The position numbers and the translations under genes are program-made. A stretch of 60,079 nt of DNA, filler included. It is 9 parts of 9 records of this genome, joined end to end, with 100 filler letters (N's around TTAATTAATTAA, not from the genome) between each part and the next. Parts side by side here need not be neighbours in the genome. Positions count along the whole stretch, not along the records: positions 1 to 5,985 come from SRR31156797_42732; positions 6,086 to 12,090 come from SRR31156797_42748; 7 more parts are not named here. One strand, given 5' to 3'. Under the pieces are notes generated by a model. It saw nothing but the letters and a program-made list of their open reading frames with translations. It did not search any database and had not been told where the DNA came from. Positions 1-8,740 of the stretch are shown piece after piece. Each line of letters begins with the position of its first letter. The first letter of the stretch is position 1.

Positions 1-2
1 AT

Positions 3-590
3 CCTTCCCGAAAGCCAACCGGCGCCGCCCCCAAGCAGGTACAAGGGGGATACGGCCGTACCCGCCGCAAAGAAAAAAGCGGCAAGCCCTCCCCGTATAA
101 AATCTCCGGACGTAACGGCACAGGCCATTATTGCGGTGCAGGGAAGACAGGGAACAAGGCTCATGAGCAGACCCAGCAATGCCGGCTGAAACGGCGTGCG
201 CTTCAACCCGGAAAACTTTTTTTTGCAACAAACAGGGTTTCCGCCGGGACGGCACACATTGATTCCGATCAGGAGAATGAGGATGCCCCCCGTGATCATC
301 ACGGCCCTGGCCGGAAAAAGTTCCTTGCCGACATGGCCCAGAAGTCCGCACAGCAACCCTATGGCCGTATAGCCGGCGATCCTGGAAACGGTGAAAATAA
401 AAGATGCGTTCAATCCGCCTTTAAACGTATTTTTCGTTCCCATGATGTATGTTCCCAGAAGGGGCATACAGGAAAGACTGCAGGTGGTGAGCCCATACAT
501 CAGTCCGACGAGGAATACGCTTGAATAGAGACTGACACCGCCAATATTGAAGATATTGGTAATGTCCTGGGGAATCAGGGATGGAGACAT
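3..590 (-). CDS. UreH/DsbD_2 (TauE/SafE-like) multi-TM membrane protein with conserved Cys motifs; 3' end runs off the window
   Basis: Not in the ORF track; translated by hand from ATG at 590: MSPSLIPQDITNIFNIGGVSLYSSVFLVGLMYGLTTCSLSCMPLLGTYIMG...SRIAGYTAIGLLCGLLG...LLGLLMSLVPCLPCTAIMACAVTSGDFIRGGLAAFFFAAGT. The frame is open to the window edge and starts 18 bp after the activase stop. Confidence 0.75.
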   Translation of the reverse strand, partial: MSPSLIPQDITNIFNIGGVSLYSSVFLVGLMYGLTTCSLSCMPLLGTYIMGTKNTFKGGLNASFIFTVSRIAGYTAIGLLCGLLGHVGKELFPARAVMITGGILILLIGINVCRPGGNPVCCKKKFSGLKRTPFQPALLGLLMSLVPCLPCTAIMACAVTSGDFIRGGLAAFFFAAGTAVSPLYLLGGGAGWLSGR

Positions 591-608
591 GATTTCATTC
601 CAATTCTT

Positions 609-1430
609 TCAGCAGACTTGAGCCAGGGAGGTGTTTGTCGTTTTATTCCAGGTTTCCCTTGCGAGGATCGCGGCGCCGAGGGCCGTGGTTATCTGGGGCG
701 TCGCCGGAACATGAACCTTTATGGCCAGTTCGTCTTCAAGGGCTTTTACAAGTCCCGCATTGAGGGCCGGGCCGCCGTCGAAAACCAGGTTCTCTTCAAG
801 GCCGATTCTCCGGGCCATTCTGGAAATTCTTCTTGCAATGGAAAAATGGGCCCCGGCTATGATATCGCCGGGCTTCTTTTTCCTTGCGATGAGAGAAATG
901 ATTTCACTTTCGGCAAACACGGCGCAGGTGCTGTTGATCTTGAGGGGGGCCTCGGCATTGATCGACAAGGGACCAAGATCTTTCACATCGATTTCCAGAA
1001 TCCGTGTGACCGTCTCGAGGAATCGTCCCGTGCCCGCCGCGCATTTGTCGTTCATGGCGAAATTCCGGGTCACCCCGTGGCCGTCCAGGGAGATGACTTT
1101 ACTGTCCTGTCCCCCGATATTTATGATGGTCCTGACCGGGCCGTCCACATTACGGCATGACCAGACCGTGCCCTTAACGTTGGCGGTAATTTCACTGATC
1201 ACATCATCCGCAAAGCTGATGAGCCTGCGGCCATAGCCCGTGGCCATGACCCGTTTTATCTCTTCCCTCTCGATGCCGGTATCGGAAAGAATTGCCGTGA
1301 CGGCACCTGTGGCCGTTTCCTGGCAGCTGACGCCGGTTGCGGCGACCCTGCTTCCCAGAATTTTATCATCTCCGAAGAGCACGGTTTTGGTGGTTGTAGA
1401 GCCGATATCAATTCCTAAAAAACAATCCAT
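609..1430 (-). CDS. ATP-dependent [4Fe-4S] activase/reductase (HgdC/BcrAD/BadFG ASKHA family; probable DCCP reductase)
   Basis: GIDIGSTTTK, ATGYGR, (N)IGGQDSK, NDKCAAGTG and STCAVFAESE motifs. Confidence 0.93.
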   Translation of the reverse strand: MDCFLGIDIGSTTTKTVLFGDDKILGSRVAATGVSCQETATGAVTAILSDTGIEREEIKRVMATGYGRRLISFADDVISEITANVKGTVWSCRNVDGPVRTIINIGGQDSKVISLDGHGVTRNFAMNDKCAAGTGRFLETVTRILEIDVKDLGPLSINAEAPLKINSTCAVFAESEIISLIARKKKPGDIIAGAHFSIARRISRMARRIGLEENLVFDGGPALNAGLVKALEDELAIKVHVPATPQITTALGAAILARETWNKTTNTSLAQVC

Positions 1431-1432
1431 TG

Positions 1433-2707
1433 TCAGATCCTTCTTCCTTTCAGTGTTTCCATGAACGCCTCCACCCTTGTTCTCAGCTGTTCCGTGTCTT
1501 CCGGGCTGTAGTCGGTTTCGATCTTGAGCTGGGAGATTCCCTTTTTATTCAAATCCGCTTCAATGCCCCGCAACTCCACATCATAGGGGTGGCACCCTTT
1601 GAGCACATGGTGAATGACGCCCTCGATCTTGTAGTCATCGATCATCTGCAGCAATTTATTGCGCCGGTCCGATGTATTTGAAAACACGGGACAGGTACAG
1701 GGCTGGAGATATCTGTCGGCAATGCCGTGGAGCATGTCATCCAGGAGCCGTTCATCAATGGCGACCATATCGTTGAGATAGCGGTTGGATGTGCACAGCT
1801 CGTCACACACCAGGGCCCCCCCGGAGGCTTCGATCAGGCTGGGGACCTTCCAATTTGGAAATACCACGGGAGAGCCTGTCAAAAGAACCCTGGGAGCGCT
1901 TTCCGGGGTTACGGTGACGTTGTTTTCCAGACGAGTCTCCAGGGCATCATTGAGTTTTCCCATGGCTTGGGTCCATTCGGCCACATGATCGTAGAAAAAT
2001 GCGTTGACGACTTCTATGGCGTCCCTTCCGGACAGGGCGTGGGTGTTTGATTTTCTGATATCCCTGAACCGGCAGAATTCCTTTTGGGCGGAGTGGTAAA
2101 TGGCGATGGCTTTTTTGAGCCTGCCGGCCGTTATTCGGTTTCCCGTGAGCCTTTCAAGTTCGACCTTCAGTCTTTCGATCTCCCGTAACCAGAACAGTCT
2201 TGAATTCTCAAGGGTTTTGATTCGTGGAAGGTCCAGCATCATTACCGGAACGAACTCGGACAGGATCTCCCCCATTTTGACCTTCCAGTCGCAGGTGGCG
2301 GGAATGATCACAAGGTCGCAGGCCTGGTAAAAGGGCAGCACGGACACAGAGGAAAAGCCGGTGGCGGCTTTTACCATGGGACAGGCGACCTCGGGAAAAA
2401 ACGTTTCCCCTGCTTCGGCCGCATCCGCGGATCCGGCGCAGAGCCGGACCGGAAAGGCGCCGGCGGCATAAATAAGCTCTTCAGGGACGGACATGCAGTA
2501 GATCCCAACGGTTTTCCTGCCTTTGTTTTTTACAATGCCTTTTTCCTTGTTGTCAGCAAACTGTTTGAAAAAATCGTCAAAATAGGTCATTTCCGGGGGA
2601 CGGGTATGATCCGCTTCAATTTCGTCAAAAATCTCCCTCACCGTCATGGAAAGATGGAGCTTGAATCGTTTTTTAATTCGTTCGCTTCTATCGCTGCTGT
2701 CTAACAT
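1433..2707 (-). CDS. Double-cubane cluster-containing anaerobic reductase (DCCP; 2-hydroxyacyl-CoA dehydratase subunit D family)
   Basis: Single ~420-aa HGD-D-family chain with Cys motifs in both halves: GIYCMSVPEE, RLCAG, ACPMVK, ATCDWK, DELCTSNR, PCTCP, KGCHPY. C-terminal IETDYS...QLRTRVEAFME. Confidence 0.85.
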   Translation of the reverse strand: MLDSSDRSERIKKRFKLHLSMTVREIFDEIEADHTRPPEMTYFDDFFKQFADNKEKGIVKNKGRKTVGIYCMSVPEELIYAAGAFPVRLCAGSADAAEAGETFFPEVACPMVKAATGFSSVSVLPFYQACDLVIIPATCDWKVKMGEILSEFVPVMMLDLPRIKTLENSRLFWLREIERLKVELERLTGNRITAGRLKKAIAIYHSAQKEFCRFRDIRKSNTHALSGRDAIEVVNAFFYDHVAEWTQAMGKLNDALETRLENNVTVTPESAPRVLLTGSPVVFPNWKVPSLIEASGGALVCDELCTSNRYLNDMVAIDERLLDDMLHGIADRYLQPCTCPVFSNTSDRRNKLLQMIDDYKIEGVIHHVLKGCHPYDVELRGIEADLNKKGISQLKIETDYSPEDTEQLRTRVEAFMETLKGRRI

Positions 2708-3702
2708 TTTCTACCTTTCAATTTTGTTAAAGATCCTGATTTGGACATTTTCTCTCCGGCCAGGCTCTTTTGTCGCTTGATAAACCCTTCGGCAGATGAA
2801 GGAAAGACGGTAAGACCGCCCACGGTCGCCCTGAGTGCGTCATTTTCCGGACAAACCTCGATGCAGCGCATGCACAGGATACAGTCCTGGGTAACCATGT
2901 TTACCTTACCGCGCTCCTCCGCGATTTCCATGATATCCATGGGGCAGGCCCTTGCGCAATTGCCGCATCGCGTACATTTCTGCCCCTCTTTCTTCAGGGA
3001 AATCACGCCGATCTTGTCAAACAGGGAAAGCAGCGCCGCCATAGGGCAGTAGGCGCAAAGGTATCGTCTTTTTAAAAATGATGCCGTGAAAAGCAGGGCG
3101 AATATGATCATTGACAAGGAAGTTAAAACCAGCTTGGTCGGGCTTGAAAAATCGATACCGATATTTGAAAAATCCCCGTGGAAAAGCGGTAAAAGCGGTT
3201 TTGCCGGGCATATCTGGCAAAAGGGTACGGCAAGGTCCTCCGGCAGCTTGGAAAGGCCGAAAAATGAATTGCCGATTCCCAGGGGAAGCACGATCATCAA
3301 AACGAGGAGAATGTATTTGACGGAACCGTATGCCGGCCTCGTTACCCAGGCAAACCGGGTAGCGTCGATTTTCAGGGCTTCCCTGAGCATGGTCAAAAGG
3401 TCCTGGATGAACCCGATGGGGCAGGCCCAGCCGCACCACGCCTTGCTGAAAGCGACGGCCCAGAGAAAAAAGGTTCCGAGGTAGATGAGAAAAACGATGC
3501 CGAACCCGCCGATCAGGGTTTCAAACGGAACGGACAAAAACCGCTGGAACGGATAGATAAAACAATATCCCCCCCTGTATTTTGCATAGACACAGGCAAA
3601 TGTCGGGATGGCGTTTCCGATTCCCAGTCCGGCAAGTGCGCCGTATATAAGAAAAATGAAACAGAAGAACTGAACGGCCAGCCTGATCCTATCGACCCGC
3701 AT
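2701..3702 (-). CDS. Membrane 4Fe-4S binding protein (NapH/MauN-like polyferredoxin)
   Basis: Several TM segments, CGWACP, CQICP, CAYCP and two CxxCxxCxxxCP motifs. Start placed at ATG 3702 after an AAAGGAAG RBS (ORF track starts at 3729). Its stop overlaps the DCCP start. Confidence 0.88.
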   Translation of the reverse strand: MRVDRIRLAVQFFCFIFLIYGALAGLGIGNAIPTFACVYAKYRGGYCFIYPFQRFLSVPFETLIGGFGIVFLIYLGTFFLWAVAFSKAWCGWACPIGFIQDLLTMLREALKIDATRFAWVTRPAYGSVKYILLVLMIVLPLGIGNSFFGLSKLPEDLAVPFCQICPAKPLLPLFHGDFSNIGIDFSSPTKLVLTSLSMIIFALLFTASFLKRRYLCAYCPMAALLSLFDKIGVISLKKEGQKCTRCGNCARACPMDIMEIAEERGKVNMVTQDCILCMRCIEVCPENDALRATVGGLTVFPSSAEGFIKRQKSLAGEKMSKSGSLTKLKGRKC

Positions 3703-3761
3703 GGTATCTCTTCCTTTCCGCGGCGCCATTGAAGGCTGTTGTCTTTAAGCCCCCGAGGGCC

Positions 3762-4709
3762 CTATCGTTTTTCATACCATTTCCTCCTCTTTCTTCTTAT
3801 GGCGGCTCCAAAACAGACGGCGGTACCCGTGAACATCATTACCGTGTATCCGGTCTCCTTGCTTTTCCAGTCCAGGGGGGTGGGATGAACCACCAGGAGC
3901 CTGGATGTCCTGAAAACCTCCTTTGTGTATGACTGGCCGTTTAGGGTGCCCTGGCTGTCAATGGTGTATTCCGCGGTCACGAGATATTTACGGGGGTCCT
4001 TGTTGATTTTCTCACCATGGAATGCCTCTTTGATCAGGGTGAAATCGGTTCGTCCGTCTTCAGCGGTCTTGACTGATTTCTTCCAGTCATCATTTGTCGT
4101 CATGGATACGATGCCGCCGGAAACAGGCGTTCCCTTGAAGCGTACCTGGAAAGGAATCCGGTCCCCCGTGTATTTCTTTTGCGGGGAAAAGTCGTTCCCG
4201 TCGTCTTCCGTCATATCAACAAGTTCAAAAACGGGCCTGCCGTTATGCATTCCGGGGTATGAGCTCTTGTCACTCTCAAGTTCTTCGACCTCCTCTCCCG
4301 TGTTCCGAAAAACCTGCCGGGCGAAGAGATGATACCGGACGCCATCCACGACGCCCATGTCACCGTAGGCCGTGAGGGCATACCTGCCTTTTTGAAAAGC
4401 ATCGTCATGGACCCGGCATGAGTCCTCCATTTTTTCAGGCTCAAGCAGGTGAATCGTGTTGTCGGGCATCCTGATCCAGCAAGAGATGTTCTTCAAGGAA
4501 TCAGGGCTGCCGCTTTTGTTGGGAAAGATGCCTGATTTGATGATGAAGTCCGCGGGTTTTGACATGGGTGCCCGTTTTTTGTGCCCGTTGCTCTTCGGCA
4601 TTTTTGATGTTTCCGGGCGTTCGAGCCAGATGAACTCACCTGCCGGAAACGCACATAACGGTTCTGCCAGGAGAGCCAGGCACAGGGCTGCAACTGCAAG
4701 CAGTCTCAC
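3762..4709 (-). CDS. DUF4198-like exported protein with C-terminal membrane anchor
   Basis: Signal peptide; GDRIPFQVRFKGTPV...KTAEDGRTDF DUF4198-like C-domain; hydrophobic helix followed by RRKRRK at the C-terminus; GGAGG RBS before the GTG. Confidence 0.6.
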   Translation of the reverse strand: MRLLAVAALCLALLAEPLCAFPAGEFIWLERPETSKMPKSNGHKKRAPMSKPADFIIKSGIFPNKSGSPDSLKNISCWIRMPDNTIHLLEPEKMEDSCRVHDDAFQKGRYALTAYGDMGVVDGVRYHLFARQVFRNTGEEVEELESDKSSYPGMHNGRPVFELVDMTEDDGNDFSPQKKYTGDRIPFQVRFKGTPVSGGIVSMTTNDDWKKSVKTAEDGRTDFTLIKEAFHGEKINKDPRKYLVTAEYTIDSQGTLNGQSYTKEVFRTSRLLVVHPTPLDWKSKETGYTVMMFTGTAVCFGAAIRRKRRKWYEKR

Positions 4710-4763
4710 TTTTTCCTCCAGTTCCTGTTCTTTAGTTAGTGTTTAATAATTATCAAATGTCGA

Positions 4764-5573
4764 TTATTGGATTTCAAACCGAAGGGTTGCCGTATAATTT
4801 GCTGTAAGGCATTTTTTCTTCAGGTCTTCAGGCGCGGGATTGTTGACAACGGCTTTCAACAGCCAGGGACCGTAATGGAGAAGGCGGATTTCAGCAACAC
4901 CGTTCGAGTCGGTGGTTGTCGTAAACGCATAATCCCCCTTGGATGAAAAGCCGTCGTATGTCCCGAAAACATTGATGTAGGGGGCGGGTTTTCCCTTGTG
5001 CAGGACCTTCACTTTAAGGCGGTCTCCCTGGCTGAGCTTGAACGGATTATCAAGGGGGATGATTTCAATGTTGTGACCCGCAGGCCGGGAGTAATCACTT
5101 GTGCCGGAATCTCCCGTGGAAATCAGGGCCTTGGTGCATTGTTCATAGTACATGCTGAGGACGATGTTCTCAAGGCCCTCCATGGATCCCATCTTGTGGT
5201 GGATTTTATCATTTTTCATATACATGGTATAGATACCGGGGGTTGTGGTTGCGGCAACGGTGTAAGTTCCTTGTTTCTTCATGCGGAGGGAAGTTGTGAG
5301 GTAGCCGCCTTCACCGGGGGTGAGATCTTCCGCCTGGCCTTCAGGTCCCATGAGTTTGAATTCGGTCAACATCTCTTTGGGCAAAAAGTCCTGAACGGGA
5401 AATCGGTGTCCAAAACCGAAGTATACTTTTGAATAGGCCCCCATTTTTTTGCTGAACTTGGGAATGTGATTCGTTGCATTGAGAGACAGCATATGGCTGA
5501 AAGAGGCCTGGGGCAGGACCAGCATGAATGTAATGATAATACCTAGTGTTGATTTGAAAAGTAGTTTTCTCAT
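4764..5573 (-). CDS. DUF4198 (NikK-like periplasmic metal-uptake accessory) protein
   Basis: Signal peptide ending ASFS-H (His at the mature N-terminus), FGFGHRFP, EIIPLDNP...GDRLKVKVLHKGKP, TDSNGVAEI...GPWLL. Confidence 0.8.
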   Translation of the reverse strand: MRKLLFKSTLGIIITFMLVLPQASFSHMLSLNATNHIPKFSKKMGAYSKVYFGFGHRFPVQDFLPKEMLTEFKLMGPEGQAEDLTPGEGGYLTTSLRMKKQGTYTVAATTTPGIYTMYMKNDKIHHKMGSMEGLENIVLSMYYEQCTKALISTGDSGTSDYSRPAGHNIEIIPLDNPFKLSQGDRLKVKVLHKGKPAPYINVFGTYDGFSSKGDYAFTTTTDSNGVAEIRLLHYGPWLLKAVVNNPAPEDLKKKCLTANYTATLRFEIQ

Positions 5574-5622
5574 CTGAAGTTTCCTTTTCTGTGTTGTAAA
5601 GGGTTTCTACAAGCGCAACAAT

Positions 5623-5685
5623 ATTAGCTACAATAAAATTGCTTGATTGATTGAGCTAATTACGGCATGCCAAACATTTTGTCAA
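5623..5685 (-). promoter_or_regulatory. Putative promoter and inverted-repeat operator of the DUF4198-DCCP operon
   Basis: TTGACA on the minus strand at 5680-5685. Inverted repeat ATTAGCT(A)CAAT (5623-5634) / ATTGAGCTAAT (5650-5660) overlaps the expected -10 region. Confidence 0.4.
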
Positions 5686-5758
5686 TATATTATTTTTTCT
5701 AACACAACCAAATGATGAGGCCGGTCTCAGTCTACCATCCGTATAGACAGAGGGATGG

Positions 5759-5924
5759 CATGCAGACGATGACAAGCGATTACGTGATTGTGGGGTCCGG
5801 TCCCGGCGGTGCTACGGAGGCAAGGGATCTTGCCAGGGCAGGCAAAGAGGTGATTGGCCTTGAAAAGGGACAGCGTCACAAGCTCTCCAGGAGCAAACTC
5901 AAGGCCTATGGCATCTACGACTAA
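5759..5924 (+). pseudogene. Truncated FAD-dependent (GMC-type) oxidoreductase, N-terminal Rossmann fragment
   Basis: DYVIVGSGPGGA...LARAGKEVIGLEKG, then a stop after ~55 aa. Confidence 0.65.
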
Positions 5925-5928
5925 TTTT

Positions 5929-5983
5929 ACCATGAAGGACATGAAGTTATAGACGCTTCATGTCCTTCATGTTCTTCATGGTG
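5929..5983. repeat. Palindromic REP-like element built from CATGAAG/CTTCATG units
   Basis: Perfect 16-bp inverted repeat CATGAAGGACATGAAG (5931-5946) / CTTCATGTCCTTCATG (5956-5971), plus an extra TTCTTCATG unit at the contig end. Confidence 0.7.
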
Positions 5984-5985
5984 GT

Positions 5986-6085
5986 NNNNNNNNNNNNNNN
6001 NNNNNNNNNNNNNNNNNNNNNNNNNNNNNTTAATTAATTAANNNNNNNNNNNNNNNNNNNNNNNNNNNNNNNNNNNNNNNNNNNN
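5986..6085. other. Artificial contig spacer
   Basis: N44-TTAATTAATTAA-N44, with stops in all six frames. Identical spacers at 12091, 21334, 27424, 32605, 38386, 47950 and 54092. Confidence 0.99.
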
Positions 6086-6172
6086 CTGCAGTCCATGCTC
6101 AATGCCGAACAGGATCGCAAAGAGAGCGAACAGACGCCTGATGACAGGATAATGGTGGAGAAGAACTGGTGA
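6086..6172 (+). CDS. C-terminal fragment of a BatB/BatC-like protein
   Basis: LQSMLNAEQDRKESEQTPDDRIMVEKNW*. The EKxW ending is typical of BatC-like proteins, and the stop overlaps the batD GTG start (GTGA). Confidence 0.6.
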   Translation: MQSMLNAEQDRKESEQTPDDRIMVEKNW

Positions 6173-7896
6173 GAACGTTTGTATTGACCCTGACTCTGGG
6201 GCTCGGCCTGCTGCTGTCCGCAGTGGCCGGAGAGATAAAATTCTATTTTGAGAGTTCCGAAGGTTATCCGGGAATGCCTGTTCAGCTGGTTCTGCATGCG
6301 GTGGACGAGAGAGGCATTGACCGACCCGACCTGCCCGAGATCGCCGGGCTGAGCTTTGCCGAAGCGGGTCAGTCACGCTATGAGGAAAGGAGCCTCGGCA
6401 GCGGCGGAAGAAGCCGCAGGGTCACAACGGAGTACCGCTGGCTGGTCACTCCCCTTCAGTCCGGACGCTTTACCATACCCCCTGTTACGATTGAGATGAA
6501 GGAGGAGAGCGTCACGACCGAGGCCTTGTCCCTTGTTGTGAAGGAACCGGGTCCCGTAGAGGGCTATCATCTTTTTCTTACGAGCGATTCGAAGACCGTC
6601 TTTCCCGGTATGCCCGTGAGGCTGACCCTGAAATGGCTCTTCTCGTCAGAGGTGAGTCGCCCCGATTTCACGCTTCCCTTTCTTGATAGGGAGGACCTGA
6701 GGGTGGAGGACCTTCCGGCACCCTCGTCGTCCACATCTGATATCTTTCAGTTCGAAGAGTCCGGACATACCCTCTATGCCGTTCAGTCGGCCGAAATATT
6801 TGAGGGTAATCAGTATGCCTCTATCAGCATATCCTGGGATCTGTACCCGGAAAAGGCGGGCGTCCTTGAGCTGGAACCGGCCTATCTCGCCTTTCAGAGG
6901 GGCGTAAGAGATTCATACGGCCGCAAGCGCTTTTCACCGGCGGTGATTCCTTCCGAAGCCCTGAGGCTGACCGTAAGGGAGATCCCTCCGGAGCTAGCCG
7001 CATTTCCAGGCGGTGTCTTCATTGCCCGTGAGACACTGGAGATAGAAGCCTCACTGGACCAGCAGAGGGTCTATCCGGGAGATCCCCTTGAGCTGACCCT
7101 CCGCATGAAAGGTCTGGTCAATCCCGGACTCAGCCGCTTCAGAGGAGTGGACTCTCTGGGAACGGGACTCTTTCGAACCGAGCCAGGGAGCCTGCGCGAC
7201 AGGGTGGAGGGCAAGGAAAAAATCCTGGGCCAGACGATCCGGATGCTGAGGCCGGGGTTGTCCGAGTTCCCTTCTCTGGAGTTTCCCTACTACAATATGG
7301 CCGCCGGGCGGGTGGAGACGGCCCGCAGCGGCCCGCTTCCCCTGGAGGTGCTTGAGCTGGAGAGCCCGGGTCCTAATGTGCTGAGAGATCAGTCCTTTCT
7401 GAAAAAGGAGGAGCCGGAGGAGGAGGGAGCCCTTCTGCTGAAGGGAAACCATAAGATTCCTTCCAGAGTCCTTCCTGATATTCTCTATACACGGCGCTGG
7501 CTGTTCTACCTTCTCGCTCCGATACTGCTTGTCCTCTCGCAGCTTCTCCGATTCACGGGGCTACATCTCAGATTCAGGGAGCGATTCAGAGGCGGGGAAT
7601 TCCATGAGTTCAAACGGGCTGCCCGGAACCTTGCCGCAGGACGGGGCGATGAGCGCGCCGCTCTCGTTCATCTCCAGAGAACGGGGGGGCGATGGCTGGA
7701 CAGCTGCCGGCTTTCCCCCGAACAAGATGAAGGGGAGGGAGATCTTATCCATGCCTTCCGTAAGGACATGGGGGCTCTGGACAGGGAACTGTGGATGACT
7801 GATGATCCTGTGGATGCGGACCTGAAGGCGCGCTTGATCAAGTGGCCGGGCAGGCTGTCAGGCAGGATAGGGAAGGCAGGGGAGAGAAGGGCATGA
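6169..7896 (+). CDS. batD: BatD family protein
   Basis: Signal peptide; repeated Ig-like modules (TPLQSGRFTIPPVTI, VFPGMPVRLTL, VYPGDPLELTL, FPSLEFPYYN); C-terminal TM segment. Confidence 0.8.
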   Translation: MRTFVLTLTLGLGLLLSAVAGEIKFYFESSEGYPGMPVQLVLHAVDERGIDRPDLPEIAGLSFAEAGQSRYEERSLGSGGRSRRVTTEYRWLVTPLQSGRFTIPPVTIEMKEESVTTEALSLVVKEPGPVEGYHLFLTSDSKTVFPGMPVRLTLKWLFSSEVSRPDFTLPFLDREDLRVEDLPAPSSSTSDIFQFEESGHTLYAVQSAEIFEGNQYASISISWDLYPEKAGVLELEPAYLAFQRGVRDSYGRKRFSPAVIPSEALRLTVREIPPELAAFPGGVFIARETLEIEASLDQQRVYPGDPLELTLRMKGLVNPGLSRFRGVDSLGTGLFRTEPGSLRDRVEGKEKILGQTIRMLRPGLSEFPSLEFPYYNMAAGRVETARSGPLPLEVLELESPGPNVLRDQSFLKKEEPEEEGALLLKGNHKIPSRVLPDILYTRRWLFYLLAPILLVLSQLLRFTGLHLRFRERFRGGEFHEFKRAARNLAAGRGDERAALVHLQRTGGRWLDSCRLSPEQDEGEGDLIHAFRKDMGALDRELWMTDDPVDADLKARLIKWPGRLSGRIGKAGERRA

Positions 7897-8675
7897 GAAA
7901 GCTGAAAGTATTCCTTTTGTTTGTTATGGTTCTTTTTCCCCTCATTTCCTATGCGGAGGAGCAGCCGACAGCGTCGGCTGACGGTCTGTTCAGGATGGCT
8001 CTGAAGGGAGAGGCGTCCTTCGATGGCGCCATTGAAATATGGGCTGAAGAGATCAGAGGCAGGGCGCTTCCCCCTGCCTCCCTCTACTACAATATGGCCA
8101 ACGCCCTCGCGCTGGACGGCAGGGAGGGCCGGGAAGAGGCGGCGCTGGCCCTCTATAGTCAGGCGCTGATCCTGGAGCCCGGTAACAGGGACTTCAGGTT
8201 CAACAGGAACCTGCTTCTGGAGAAGCGGGGGCTGGACATTCCCGGGCGGTCTCCGGCCGAGGGCTTGCTCTGGTTCCCCCTCTGGTGTCTGGGTGTCCGG
8301 GGCTTCTGGGCCCTGCTGCTTATAGCAGCGCTGGCGTCGCTGCTGTTCGTGCTCGTAGCCATCTGCCGCAGGAGGATTCCTTCTCTGACAGTGATTCTGG
8401 GCGCCCTGATCTTCCTTCTCTATGGCGGAGCGGTCATGGCTGCCTGGGAGTATCGAAGCGCAGGAACGGCCGTCGTCCGGAGCGGAGAGCTCAGGCTCTA
8501 CGAGGGGGACAGCCCCCTGTATCCCTCTTCCGCCGTTCTCAAAGGAGGGGAAGCGCTGAGGATCCTGGAGGAACGGGACGGCTGGTATCGGATCAGATCT
8601 GCGTCGGACGGCCGCGAGGGCTGGTGCGAAGGCTTCTCTGTCCTCAGGGCCGAAGAGCTTGTGGACTCCTATTGA
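7893..8675 (+). CDS. BatE-like TPR plus SH3 domain membrane protein
   Basis: Signal peptide from ATG 7893 (ATGA overlap with batD), LYYNMANA TPR, two TM segments, C-terminal SH3 (GEALRILEERDGWYRI...EGW). Confidence 0.75.
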   Translation: MRKLKVFLLFVMVLFPLISYAEEQPTASADGLFRMALKGEASFDGAIEIWAEEIRGRALPPASLYYNMANALALDGREGREEAALALYSQALILEPGNRDFRFNRNLLLEKRGLDIPGRSPAEGLLWFPLWCLGVRGFWALLLIAALASLLFVLVAICRRRIPSLTVILGALIFLLYGGAVMAAWEYRSAGTAVVRSGELRLYEGDSPLYPSSAVLKGGEALRILEERDGWYRIRSASDGREGWCEGFSVLRAEELVDSY

Positions 8676-8740
8676 AACGATTTTGTATATAAAGTAATGT
8701 ATATATAGTAGGCTTTTTCAGTCTGCATAAGGAGTATCTC

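Noticed and set aside
181-230. Poly-T tract in the first gene as a possible phase-variation frameshift
   Set aside because: The 8-base run keeps the reading frame open (KKK).
1433-2707. Calling the pair a classical 2-hydroxyacyl-CoA dehydratase or benzoyl-CoA reductase
   Set aside because: Only one subunit is present, with Cys sets in both halves, and there are no CoA-transferase or aromatic-degradation genes; DCCP fits better.
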